From: Ancylonema sp.
Lineage: Eukaryota
Direction of reading: 5' to 3'
Assembly (NCBI GenBank): GCA_050230475.1
Contig: JBFLGF010000034.1
Coordinates: forward strand, 1-64,000
DNA: 64,000 bases
Shown here in pieces: positions 11,701 through 23,400 of this stretch. The notes beneath the pieces were generated by a model. It was given only the letters and a program-made list of their open reading frames with translations, made no database searches and was not told the origin of the DNA. The stretch's first letter is position 1, and every line of letters begins with the position of its first letter. A program made the position numbers and the translations under genes.

Positions 11701-14700
11701 GCGGATCCGTACGAGTATTGGAAGGCGCGGTTGGGGGGGAGGTTGGAGAGGACTGCGGTGTGGATGTAGCCGGGGGGGTGGTAACCCTACAGGCAAAAAT
11801 ACCGATACGGCACGTGTGAGACCGATACGATGCGGTACAGCACGATGGAATACATGTACGGTGGTCGGGATTGACGGGATTTACGAACATCATTTTGAGG
11901 CGACTCCGTGCCATCATATAAATTATGAACAAAGCTGGTCAACCTGCTGGAATAACTGAAAAATGTACCGTTGATTTTATTTTATTTATAATATTTAAAA
12001 AAAAGAAAAAAAAAAAGAAAAGGAGGGAGGTGTGGTATTCCTAGTTTCTCTTTCTTTGCCTACACATTTCATGACGCAAATTCGACACGTGGCCTTACCT
12101 CATTGGCTGCTGCGCCCCCACACATGTCCGAGGCAAGGAACGTGGAGACAGTGGAAGGAACCGTCTGGGTGCCAGAGACGAGACTCTGAGAAACCGGGTT
12201 GTTGCTCATCCAGGTTACCCGGGCCTGCACCGATACAGGAGGCAGAGGGAAGCCTTTAATTCGGTTAGAGACACACAGGATGAAAGTACTCTCCTTAAAG
12301 TATTTATTGTGAACTAGAAGGAGATGGTACGTAAAAAGTATATTGTGTATACTTACAAAACTTATTTTTGGACTGAAAGTTTCTTAGGGATTCTTTTCCA
12401 AACTGGCTGAGTGACCCCTCAAAGAACCGATTCTAGATTGAAGCCTAAAAAAAGATGTGATCTCGGCCGTTCACAGGATCATAATTTCGAAACTGATGTG
12501 CCATTCCAGACAATGTAGGAGTTATGAGGATTGGGTGCCATGATAAAACCGGCTGAACATAAACATTGGAATTGCGACTAGCATATGTCGAAGGTATTCC
12601 CCACCTTGGTTCCCATCGAATCAACGATTGCCACGTGTCCATACAGAGGGGCATCAGGCGTGGCGTAACTGGTTTTCAGGATGCATGGGGCAGCGAGGGG
12701 GCCCGTGAAGAGAACGAAGAAGATGGGTGTGCGGTTGTTGATGATCCGAAAACTGATGGTGGCTGAACAAGTACGGATGAGCCCAAACATTTGGGAGGTC
12801 GGTTTGGAGCATGAGAGGTACCCCGGGTCGGCAGAAAGGTATTGCCACTGGAAGGAGACGGGAGACGAATGGGAGTGGGCGGATGGAGAAGAAATAACTG
12901 AAAACTCCGTTCTGGGAATTTTTCCATGCATTATTCCACATATCTTGCGACGACTGTGGTTGTACTGTTGTTGATAGGTGGGAGGATGAGTTGTGGCATG
13001 CGAGTTGGAGTATCGACTTGGTTGACGGAGATTTGAACATAGGGAGATTCGAGTGAGTCTTCTAGCGGGGGAAAAAATATGTTTCCTACAGCACACGTAA
13101 CTTGATGGGCGAGCTGCACGTGTCTGGCTGTGATGACGTGTCGCTGGTTAGAAGCACATCAGCCACCACCGTGGGGTTGGTCACAGCACACGAAGTAGCA
13201 CTGCACACGTGGCAACACTGAAATCCCTATGAGATCCCTGCAAGAAGAAAAAGAAGGGGAAATATCTTCCACCCACGTGGCTCTTCCAGCATAAAATAAG
13301 GAAAAAATGGACAAATTCGGGATGAGAGCGCACGTCAATGGGTGTGAGATAATGATGAGGCGGTTACGAGGCGGTTATATATCGGAGACGAGGCGGTTTA
13401 CAAGCGGTAACGAGGCGGTTATGAGGCGGTTAGAAGGCTGTTATAAGACGATTATGAAGCGGTCACGAGTCGGTAATGAGACATATATGAAGCGGATACG
13501 AGGTGGTTACGAGTCGGGTATGAGGCGGTTATGAGGCGGTTGTGAGGCGATATGCGTACTCTGATCCCTGCGTGAATACGGCAACGAAGTCCTCAGAGCT
13601 GGTGGAGATTACCCCGCTTACAATCTCACTCACATTCTGCAACACCGGGAGGGGAGGAGGAAAGGACGGAAGGAGGGGGGTGATTATTGGAGAATGGGGT
13701 ATACAGATAACCAAGATAATGAGATAATGAGATAATGAGATAATGAGACAATGAGATAATGAGATAATGAGATTATGAGACAACTGGTTACTCGAGCAGG
13801 TGCTTAGGTTATTGTATGATCGGAGGCCAAGAGAGGTGAAATGTTAGAAGAAGAATTCATGAGTAGATAGAAACAGACCGGATGATTGCGTCCCTCGTCA
13901 GCACTTTTCAGTTGCATACTGCCGGATGTATAAATTCTGAGGTGTCCAAGACGAAGTCAAGCTGGAAATGCTTCTTCCTCTCTTCTACTTCTTCTTCTTC
14001 TTCTTTATTAATTTTTTTTTTGACATTTCAAGCGATAAGTGCGATTCAACAATGGCAGATAGCCAAGCATAGTAAAAAGATTGAAGGGAAATGAGGACAG
14101 GAAGGCGAGCAGAATGGGGCCTCCGATAAGAGGTGACGGGGCAAAGTGATTGCTGACCTGGACATTGATTAGCGGCTGACGGGGCAGAATGATTGCTGAC
14201 CTGGACATTGCTGAGTGGTCCGCTGGTGCTGGTGGTCATGGTCAGATACGGATTGGTATCTCCGCAAGAGAGCATCTTACGGCCATTGGTTCTACCAACA
14301 TCAGGGGGGGGGGAACGGATGGAAACCTGATCAGGAAGGGACCTAATATTGTTGGCGTTCAATATAATAGGTTGTAAAATATATTTAATGTGATAATACA
14401 GCATGCGACAGCACCAGCCACTAAAAAGGGGGGGGGGAGGTGGGGGTGCAATCGTTGTACTAATCCCCAATTCTACGATCACTTCTCCCCAGAATGTCTT
14501 CCAGCAAGGTCGAATCGAAGGACATGCATTCGAAATATACTCGATCCGGAACGAATCATGACTTGCGGCCACGTGGAGAAACACACCTTTGGTCTTGACC
14601 AATGAGAGATAAGGGGTTCACGGTGTGGTTCCGCCCAATTTGGACACTTCGAGGGGTTGGAGCTGACTTCAACTCCCCGAGAGTACGAAAAGCAGATGAG

Positions 14701-14747
14701 GAATCCAGCAGCAAGAAGCAGAGGAAGATGACAACGGAAACCGCCAT
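8713..14747 (-). CDS. Secreted purple acid phosphatase / nucleotide pyrophosphatase-phosphodiesterase type (PAP1/PAP27-like), ~12 exons
   Basis: Signal peptide MAVSVVIFLCFLLL. Metallophosphoesterase motifs AFGDMGK, HIGDISYA, GNHER, DSGGECGVPY, FAGHRP, WGHVHDYER and HAVIGMAG on successive GT-AG exons. Last exon ends DHFQITK* at 8713. One-base frameshift in a G6 run at ~11663-11668. Confidence 0.92.
13350..13780. repeat. Intronic minisatellites (11-bp ATGAGGCGGTT; 8-bp GATAATGA) flanking a PAP exon
   Basis: Directly visible tandem units at 13350-13550 and 13715-13780. Confidence 0.8.
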
Positions 14748-16516
14748 GGAACCTTCTTCGTACACCCCGATGTAGCTGTGTCGTTGCTATGCCCCGATCG
14801 CTTAAGGGTTCCCTCTACTGCACTTAAGCAGACGACCGACCAGTTTGATGCGGTCCGTGGATGTTGATCTTTCGCAATACAAGCAATACAGAAGCCTGAA
14901 AGTTTCCTCGTTACATCAGAGCCGAGGCCGAGGTTAAACTGTGCGTCAAACGTGCACGTGTGACCCAAGTGTGCATATCGATTTCCGTTGCCACTTGACA
15001 TCGGGTTTGTTACCCCTGCCATCCAGCTGGCAGAAGTTGGAGACAACCACATGATATGAACTGTCGCTTGCCGAGTTATCTGTGGAGGGTTCGAAGCAGA
15101 CAAGACGACTCCGATGATGTCGTGACCTTCTGACTTCTGTTATCGGCCACGTGGCTAGTCCCCACTGGCTATGGAAGGCACCATGGTGATTTCCTCGATC
15201 TAGAAGTTGACGTGTGATCAGCATCCCGATACGAGAAGATTCCGTGGCTGTCGGTGGCATATTGCCCTTGGCCGTGCGTGCATTTTGTGTGCACCGCGTG
15301 GACATGTCTGTGTCGGTGCCTGATTCTCGCTGTGATTCGGCAGTGGGAATCAAAATGATACGCCTTTTGCGGGGAGCTCGAAGCCTAATGCGCTCGGAGC
15401 CCACAAGATCCAAGCCCGTTGAGCCTAGAGCCCGAAAGGGATATTTCATAGTTGGCCCCGCCCCGGACGGTATTATTTTTCGCCCGGAAAGCCGCCCGGA
15501 GCGAGCCCACCCGAGGCGGGAAGCGGGGCGAAGTTTGCGGGGCGGCGCCATAGGCCAAGATAATAATTAAAAAAAGGGCACCCCCCAAAGCGACTGCGGG
15601 CACCCCCCTCCAAAAGCCCGAAGTCTACATTGATTAGACAAAAAATATTAAAAAAACTTAATATTTACTTCGTAGTCTCGTCTAGAGTACACAAAAAAAA
15701 TATTTTCAATATCACAAACCGTTTGAAAGCTGTAATTTTTTTAACTTCCCTATTATTGAGGAAAAGACTGCGGGCCAGTCGGAGGGGGGTGCCCGCAGTC
15801 TCTCCCTTTAAAAAATTGCCGCAATGCAGAGATATGGTTGGACAAACCGACTTCTTGCACAATGTGCACCATACGCCACAAGCCCGACATAAATGTCACC
15901 CATGAGTCCGACTCCGTGGCGCGACGTGGTGTAATGCAATTGAAAAAAAAAAAAAAAAAAAAAAACTTGAGATATACAAAAGAATATTGAAGATGGTAGG
16001 CGTACTTAGTCGTATAAAATATTGAATACTTGTCGGATTTGAATTTTTAAAAGATGAACATGATCTACGTGGTCTTGTTGTTCTTTTAGTGAGTACCTAA
16101 CTAACCTCTATGGCTCCGCCCGGGGCGGGATATTTTCCGCCCGGGGCGCCGCCCGGGGCAAATCCGGTCGGGGCGGAATACGGGGCGGGATTTGCGGTGC
16201 GGGGCCATCTATGGTATATTTGCTCCGGCTCGAGCCTCATTTCGGAGCCGGGCTCGGAGCCTGTACATCCGGGCTTGGATCACCGGCTCCATGCCCGGGT
16301 CTATACTCAAATCCGGGCTCTAAGCCCAAAATCAGGAAAATTGGCGACCACGTTTAGTTGCCAACAAATATATTCTCAACATAAAATCAAACCGCCGTCC
16401 GACCTCTTCCGCGAATACCCGTTTCCAAAACGTTATTTACCAATGTCTCGGGTCGCATATACGGTAACATCGATCAAGGAAATTCATAATATACAAGAAG
16501 CGATGGAGGGATTGGA

Positions 16517-16975
16517 TGTTAGGACCCTCGCTACAGTCACTAGGGCTCCCTAGCGAGGTCCCCACACTTAGCGCTAGAGCGCTACTAGCTCAGTTTTCCC
16601 TATAGCGAGTTCTGCCCCTATAGAGTGCGAGTTGTGTCCCTAGCGGCCGCCTGGCCCCTAGGGAGTATTCTGATGTGTCCTTAGCTCAGGCTGTTGTGCC
16701 TTTAGCGAGATTCTGTTGTGTACTTAGAGCCGACTTTGAGTTAGTTATCCCACATTGTTCCTCGAGTCGGCTAGGGCCGACTTTCCTATTAGCCGATAGG
16801 AATGCCTCTAGAGCATTCCTATCAACTCATGTACTTGCACTCATTCTTGAGTTATTATTACACCACAACCATTCAATCCGGCTCACGCCATCTTGTCCTA
16901 TCCGGCATTTCGCCATCCTCTTGCTTGTGTGCACATTGCAACTAGCAGCTTGCTAGGGTGCATCCGCCCCTAACA
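16517..16975 (+). mobile_element. 5' LTR relic of a chromovirus-like Ty3/Gypsy family, followed by a self-priming PBS
   Basis: TGTTAGG...CCTAACA termini. Clearly homologous to 44529-44960. Followed by CTTTGATAGGAAT, which is complementary to ATTCCTATCAA inside the LTR. No matching TSD. Confidence 0.8.
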
Positions 16976-17599
16976 CTTTGATAGGAATTAGGATTTTGAT
17001 GAACTGTGGAACTGGAGTGTGCGCTCCACCCTACCACCTGATGACGAAGACATGACAAATAGTGCTACGATTCCGAGCACAGAGGACATGTTGTGACTAC
17101 TTGATTCTGCCATCGTACATATCTATGTAGCAATTACTCTCTCATGAATCAATTAACTCAACAAGACACAAGAATACTTCAACAGAAGAGGCACTTACCC
17201 CACATCTTCTGTATAAAATTAAGGATTAATTTGTCTCCCCCTCCTAAAATGATCATTTTGACCACCCTCCTGAGGTTGACTTTCGGGACAAGACTTATGA
17301 CTTATGACCCAAACGTCTAAAACTTTCACCTTTTTTTTCCCGTGCCCCTCCCCCCCTTTTAGAGCATAGCAACCCTCTTTCTTCTCTCTTCTTCTTCTCC
17401 TCCTTCTTTTCTTCTTCAGAAAGAAATAGAAGCTTCACTTTTTCTTCATTTTTCTTCTTGTTTCATTTGAATCCAGGTTTTTAAAAACTTTTATTCATCT
17501 TTTTTAGCGTAAAGTCTGCTCTTCTAGCCAAACAACACAAGTCGTTGCTAGCGCCGCACAAGTGATAAGACTAAACCTTAATCTTCTCGACAGCTCATC

Positions 17600-18892
17600 G
17601 ACGAGTGTCGACACGTGGCTAAAAATGCCAAACAACAAGATATGTCATATCAAAACTAATCAAGACTAATTCGATATAGCAATCGACATTTGCTGAAACA
17701 AATAAAACATATCGACAAAATAAGTCGTTAAATCGACGCTACTCAAAAATCGATGTAACGAAAAAACAAGTTCCCAGTATCCTATCTTGACACCCCCTCC
17801 CTGGGAACTACACTTCCCCCTCCAAAAATATCGATTTAAAAAAAAATACCAAGTTCGAAACCAAAACCAGGTAACACCAATACCAACACCAATTTTTATT
17901 TCTCGAACACCAACCCAATCAAAGCACAATTGTCCCTCACAATTTTATGGCTGACTGGCTTGGTCAGCATGTCAGCAGCGTGTTGCTCAGTGTTCACGAA
18001 CTGCAAACGGATTTGCTTCTTAGCCACTCGGTCACGAATAGAGTGGTACTTAATCTCAATATGTTTGGATCGTCGATGAAAAAAATGGATTTTCAGCTTG
18101 TTTCATCGATGACTCATTGTCTCCCAATAGCAACACCCCACCAGATCCAGAAATTCCCATCTTTCCCTGCATTTGACTGAGATACATGGCCTCATTCCTT
18201 GCAAAACTGAGCGCCACATACTCACTCTCACAAATGCTTAAGTGACTGTCTCCACAAGACTACTGCGCCAGCGAACAACAGCCCCTCCACTCATGAACAC
18301 ATATCCACCCATGCCTTTGCGAGTGTCCCTTGCATCGCTATTACCCCACACTGACAAAGCACCCCCTTTCTTATACATCAGATCCATCCCCAAAGTTCCT
18401 TTCAGGTAGCGCAACCCCCTCCCAATGTTCACGTCCTGGATTTTGAGTAAACCCGCATAATGTGTTAACTGCAGCTGCCAAATCAGGTCTTGTGCCAAAA
18501 GTAAGATACAGCAAGCTGCCCATGGTAGACTTGTACGGCACATACTCGAACACTCCTCCCTCTTCACACTAATCTGTACTAAAATGACTCCCCAGCTCGA
18601 AAAGTGTTGCAGCAGCCTTGCACTCCTCCATGACAAACTTGACCAAAACCTCACGTGCATACTTCTCTTGGCACAAAAACACATCACCGTTGTCCAGTCG
18701 ACGGATCTCCAGACCGAGGAGGAAAGTGGCCTCTCCTTGATCTTTCATGTTGAAGCGGGCCCCAGGCTTGGACTTCATCAATTAATTGATCGCCACACGA
18801 AGGCACAAGAGAAACATATCGTCGACATATAGGGTCAAATAAAGGGCTACATCCCCTCTTCCCAGGATATACAGACCGAAATCTGACACTAG
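17600..18892 (-). mobile_element. Degenerate Ty1/Copia 3' fragment (RT C-terminus, RNase H, PPT, start of 3' LTR)
   Basis: YVDD-like motif, MKDQGEATFLLGLEI, GSLLYL..TRPDLA and ENP.FH.RSKHIEIKYH...ADMLTK remnants with frameshifts. GGAGGGGG-TGTCA on the minus strand at ~17800-17790. The LTR end is uncertain. Confidence 0.8.
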
Positions 18893-19780
18893 TGTCACGG
18901 CGTCTGAGAGCGTTAGCCTTGTTACTCCTAATATCTTTTAAATCTCTCCCTGTAAAAAATCACGTCTGCGCCGCGCCGAATCAAGAGTTCCGCCGCACTA
19001 CAACTTTCGCCCCGCTCGCCGGTCTCGCTCCCGACCTCCAGTTGTCAGCTTGCGCCCCCGCTCAATATTTGAATAGATTTGCTTGACAGTTATTAGCCGT
19101 CGATCCGACGTGGCGCTTTTGTCAGCAATCAACTTGTGATGACTTGTAATAATTGTTGGCCGTCGATGAATATCCGACAATAGAGATTTTAGATAAGACA
19201 TTTGTGCGCGATACATATTTGTGAGATTGAATTATAGATCGACACGCGTCTAGCGTCGTCTGTAGAGATTGAATAAAACCTTTGTGCTTCGAACTCAGAA
19301 TTCAGCTTTCGCAGAATCTAACGCCGGAGAGACTTGCATCCCAATCTTGCCTCTCGTGTAACCGGTATCTCTGTCTACTGTGCTTTGCCTTGCAATCTGC
19401 TTGCTTTGCATAGTGTGATTATTGCCATTGCTGCTTGGACATCCGAGCTCTCGCTCATCGTGCTTCAGTTAGTTTACTTCGCTTTTTCGACTTACCATGC
19501 GTGCTCTTTTACACGACGCAAGTCCGAGCCGCGCTCAGTTTGCAGACCCAGAGTCCCTTTACTGCAAATTACAAGCAACTAAGACTTAGACATAAATAAC
19601 TGATCGCTGACCGATAGCTATACTGTTCTTGCTTAGCTATTGTATTGCTTCCCACTCTTTTAGAATCCTCAGAGTGTCGATAGCATTGTCTGCTTGCCCG
19701 TAGCGAGAGAGTAACGAGTCAAGTTACCGTTCTTGCCGTCGTTCAGGCGATCGTTTACGATCATTACCGCGATTCAAGCG
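18893..19780. mobile_element. Probable long-LTR fragment abutting the Copia relic
   Basis: Starts TGTCACGGCG exactly where the Copia RT similarity stops, resembling the reverse-complement end of the 50384-58354 LTR. Non-coding and TCGA-rich. Confidence 0.35.
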
Positions 19781-20452
19781 AGCCAAACTCCTTAGATTTA
19801 GCGAAATCCAAGGAGTTTGGCTCTACTTTTACCCCCATAACACTCTTCATTATCTACAAAACCTTAAATAACCCCCCTCTCCCCAATTCCCACTCCTCAC
19901 TTGTCACTCCCCAAATAAATTCCTCACTCCGAATAACACACTTCCAAATACCAACTTAAACCAAAATTTCAACCATTTTGTCAATTTTGAATTTCACCAT
20001 CTCAATAAGTGGACGGTTGGATATGAACATGCAATTTTATTTATCTCAATTTGCTACAAGTTTGCAAGCCACAAATGACACATGTATATCACACGTGTGA
20101 GACACACAATGTTTTTTTGAAGCCCCACGTCCTTTTTCCCCGCGGAACAATTGTCTAGCAAGAAAACCCTAAAAGTTCCCCGGTCCGACCGGGTCCCAAC
20201 TCGGAACCCGGTCCGACCGCGGTCCGAAAATCCAATGTTGCCGGTCGTGCAACTATGGTTCCCATCATGCTTAATAAAATGCATTTCTCTCAAAAAATAT
20301 GTTTTGTTTCTCAGTACAATTTTATCAATCGTATGATGGGTAGAGTGGGGGTAACCTTGAAATTATGAAGGGTTAAGTCGTAACCCTGAAATAACCATTT
20401 TTAACCCTGATAAACCCTTTTAACCCTGAATAACCTTGATTGACCCGGATTA

Positions 20453-23400
20453 CCGTACGGGGCACCGTAAATGATTTTTAATTAATTATTGAAACCCGAA
20501 AGTTGTCATTTAAATCAATTACTAAATGGTAGAAAAAGGATCAAATCATTCATACAACCCGTTTTGGGAATCATTTACGGGAAATTCGGGGTCACCTGGA
20601 TGTGACTCTTAGATGTGATGAAACGGGGTACACGACAAAGTAGGCACGTGCAAAAGGACACATTTCTTGACGAGCAACATTTACGACGTCAAAAACTACG
20701 TACCGGGCCCTAAGTCCCACGATATGGGAAATATTACCGATTAGACGCGCTACACGACAAATTAAGACTATGCACAACGATAATATTGTGGCCGGTCGAA
20801 ATATCGCGACTAGTACGAGTGCTTGCCACGTGCACTTGTGACGTCAAGATGTACGGTAAATATGTAAGAATGACCAAGACAAAGGCAAATCGATTGATTT
20901 TTAATTCCTAAATAAGGAAATCTTTACGCTTTTTATTCCTACAATCCGAAATCATCCCAAAAAATCATTGATAATAACTAACGGATTCATAGATGCATTA
21001 AAATAAATCATCGATAATAATTAACGGAATCCGAGATCATTTTGAAAAATCATTACGAAAATAATTAATTTTGGAAAAACACAAATCATTTAGGGATGAA
21101 TATATGACATATAGATGAAGACGGAAGACGCATGCCACGTGTCTTCTTCTAGTGCCCTCATTACGCCTCCATTTTATATGACGTAAAGTGCTGTGGGTAG
21201 CTATTCTTACCACCTTCAGTTTAAGATGCGCCACAATACGTGATTATACGGATCGCCTGCGTGGTGATTATCCGTTGGCCTCCGCATTCAAATCACCGCG
21301 CCCGGGAGGCAATCACGCGATCTTTCCTAAGTGTCGCATATCTTGTTTATTCTTGAATTTTTAAAATTGAGTATATAGCCCTTTGTACAGGCTACATTTT
21401 GAGCCCAAGTAGGTGTTAGGGGTCGCCGTATTACTTCCGCAAGTCATTTCGTTTTCAGCTGATTTTGGCCTAGTTTGAGACCCTACGGCAACGGGCCGGA
21501 GGGGCAACGGCCGGAGGGGGAGGGACTCAAGGGTCCTCCCTCCCCCAGCTTTCAGCTAGGGGTAGGCCTTTGATTTACTGCCCCAACAATTGTGGAAATC
21601 ACTATACGGGCGCCGCATGGTTGGCACGTCATGTCGCATTATGTGTTCCGGCCCCTGCATTGAGTGGGGGAGGCCCCGCACATGCTTCACCAGCCCGTCC
21701 CCGCCTCCCACCTCCGTCTTCGTGGTCGTGGGCCCTCGATACTGCACTTCGCGATCCTACTGCCACAGGATTGTGCCAGCCCCGCCTATATTGGAAGATC
21801 CCTTATGCCATCCGGGTAGAAGTCCAACGCGCTTTTGTGCTTCCGCTCCGTCGCTTGAGGGATGACCCTAGGAATATTGCTGCGTTCCCTGTTTGGTGCC
21901 TTCCCCTCCCATACCACGGGGGTCAGGTTGGCCATAGGGAAACGAGGCGACGTATTACTCGAGATTTCTTGGGGGGGATTGGGAATCGCTGCATCGAGCA
22001 TATTGCTCGCTGTACCCCGCCCCCTCAGGAGAGAGGCAGCAGCGGAGGGGGGGGGGCGGGGGAGGGGACGGATGGTGGGAGGAGGGAGGGGGGAAGAAGT
22101 GGGGGCGTCGGAGGCACAGTTGGGGAAGGTGGAGGGGGTGGGGGGAATCTTAAACGTGCGCTTCTCTTGGGAAGGTGTGGTGAGCTGTCGCGGTCAGCTC
22201 GGGCCCTAGTGTCACAACCTCTAGCGCGTGGGACGGAAGAGACTGTGGCACAGCTGCGTGACCTTGCACCCCAATTGCCCTCGGCTGCTCTCCCAGATTT
22301 TGTTGGGGATTTTAGGCCTCCCGACGATTTCATTCTCGAGAGGGACTCATTCGTTGTGGCGTTGCGAGGGGCCCCAAGCCATTTTGCTGCAGGGTTGTCT
22401 GGAATGGTGTTTGAACATTTTCGTGACGTTCTCGATCCGGATGACTCTGCTAGTGGTTTTGACCTCTTGTTCCTCGTGGCTGCTCATGTTGCGAGGGGTC
22501 GCATTCCGGCGTCTATTTATCATCTATTGGGGGCATCTCGGTTGGTGGCGTTGGATAAGGGTGGCGGGGCGGTACGTCCCCTTGCTGTGGGGGAGGGGTT
22601 TTATCGTTTGATCAGCCGTGCGATATGCCTTCAGATCCGGGAGGCGCTTCACGACCATTTCAAATGGCAGTACGGCTTTGCTTTTAAAGGGGGGTGTGAG
22701 ATGGTAATCTGGGGGGTGCGACTTCTTTTGGAAGCGCGTCCATCTTGGGGTGTCATCCAGGTGGACGTGAAGAACGCATTCAACACCATCAACCGCCAGG
22801 CGTTCTTTGAGGAGCTTCGTGATTCGGGGGGGGGGGGTTGAGTAGTTTGTTCCCGTTTGTGCGAACTTTTTATGGGGGGTCTTCCCCCCTATTCTTCCCT
22901 GCTAGTGATCTGGCGGGGGGGGAGGAGGTAGTGGAGTTGGCGTCTTCGACCGGGACTCGTCAGGGGGATCCCCTTGGAGGGGTATTGTTAGCCCTCGGCC
23001 ACCAGCAGGCTTTTCGAACCACCGCAGCGGCGTTTCCGGACTGCGCCTTCCCTTCAATTGCAGATGAAACCCATATCGTGGGGTCCCCGTCCCCTCCCCA
23101 TGTGGTGGAGGCTTTTACTGGCTTTTATAAGTTTTTAGTTTTTTTGTGGAGGAGCTTGCACTCGGCCTTTCCGTGCAGCCGTCCAAGTGTGTGGCGTGGT
23201 CACCATCTGGTCGGGAGGTGTTTCCGATTCTTCCGGAGGGGTGCTCTTCTTATGCTACAGATGGCCGCCTTTTGGGACGAACGGGACAAACGAGTTTGTG
23301 CGAGGCTTCCTGGCAGCTGCGTTGGAGAAAGATACGCGGGGTCTTCAACAATTATGCCTCCTTGAGGATCCGCAGGTGTGGCCCTCCGCGTACTTACGCA

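Noticed and set aside
14669..15603. Long ORFs upstream of the phosphatase gene
   Set aside because: No recognisable motifs; they overlap promoter DNA and GC-rich repeats.
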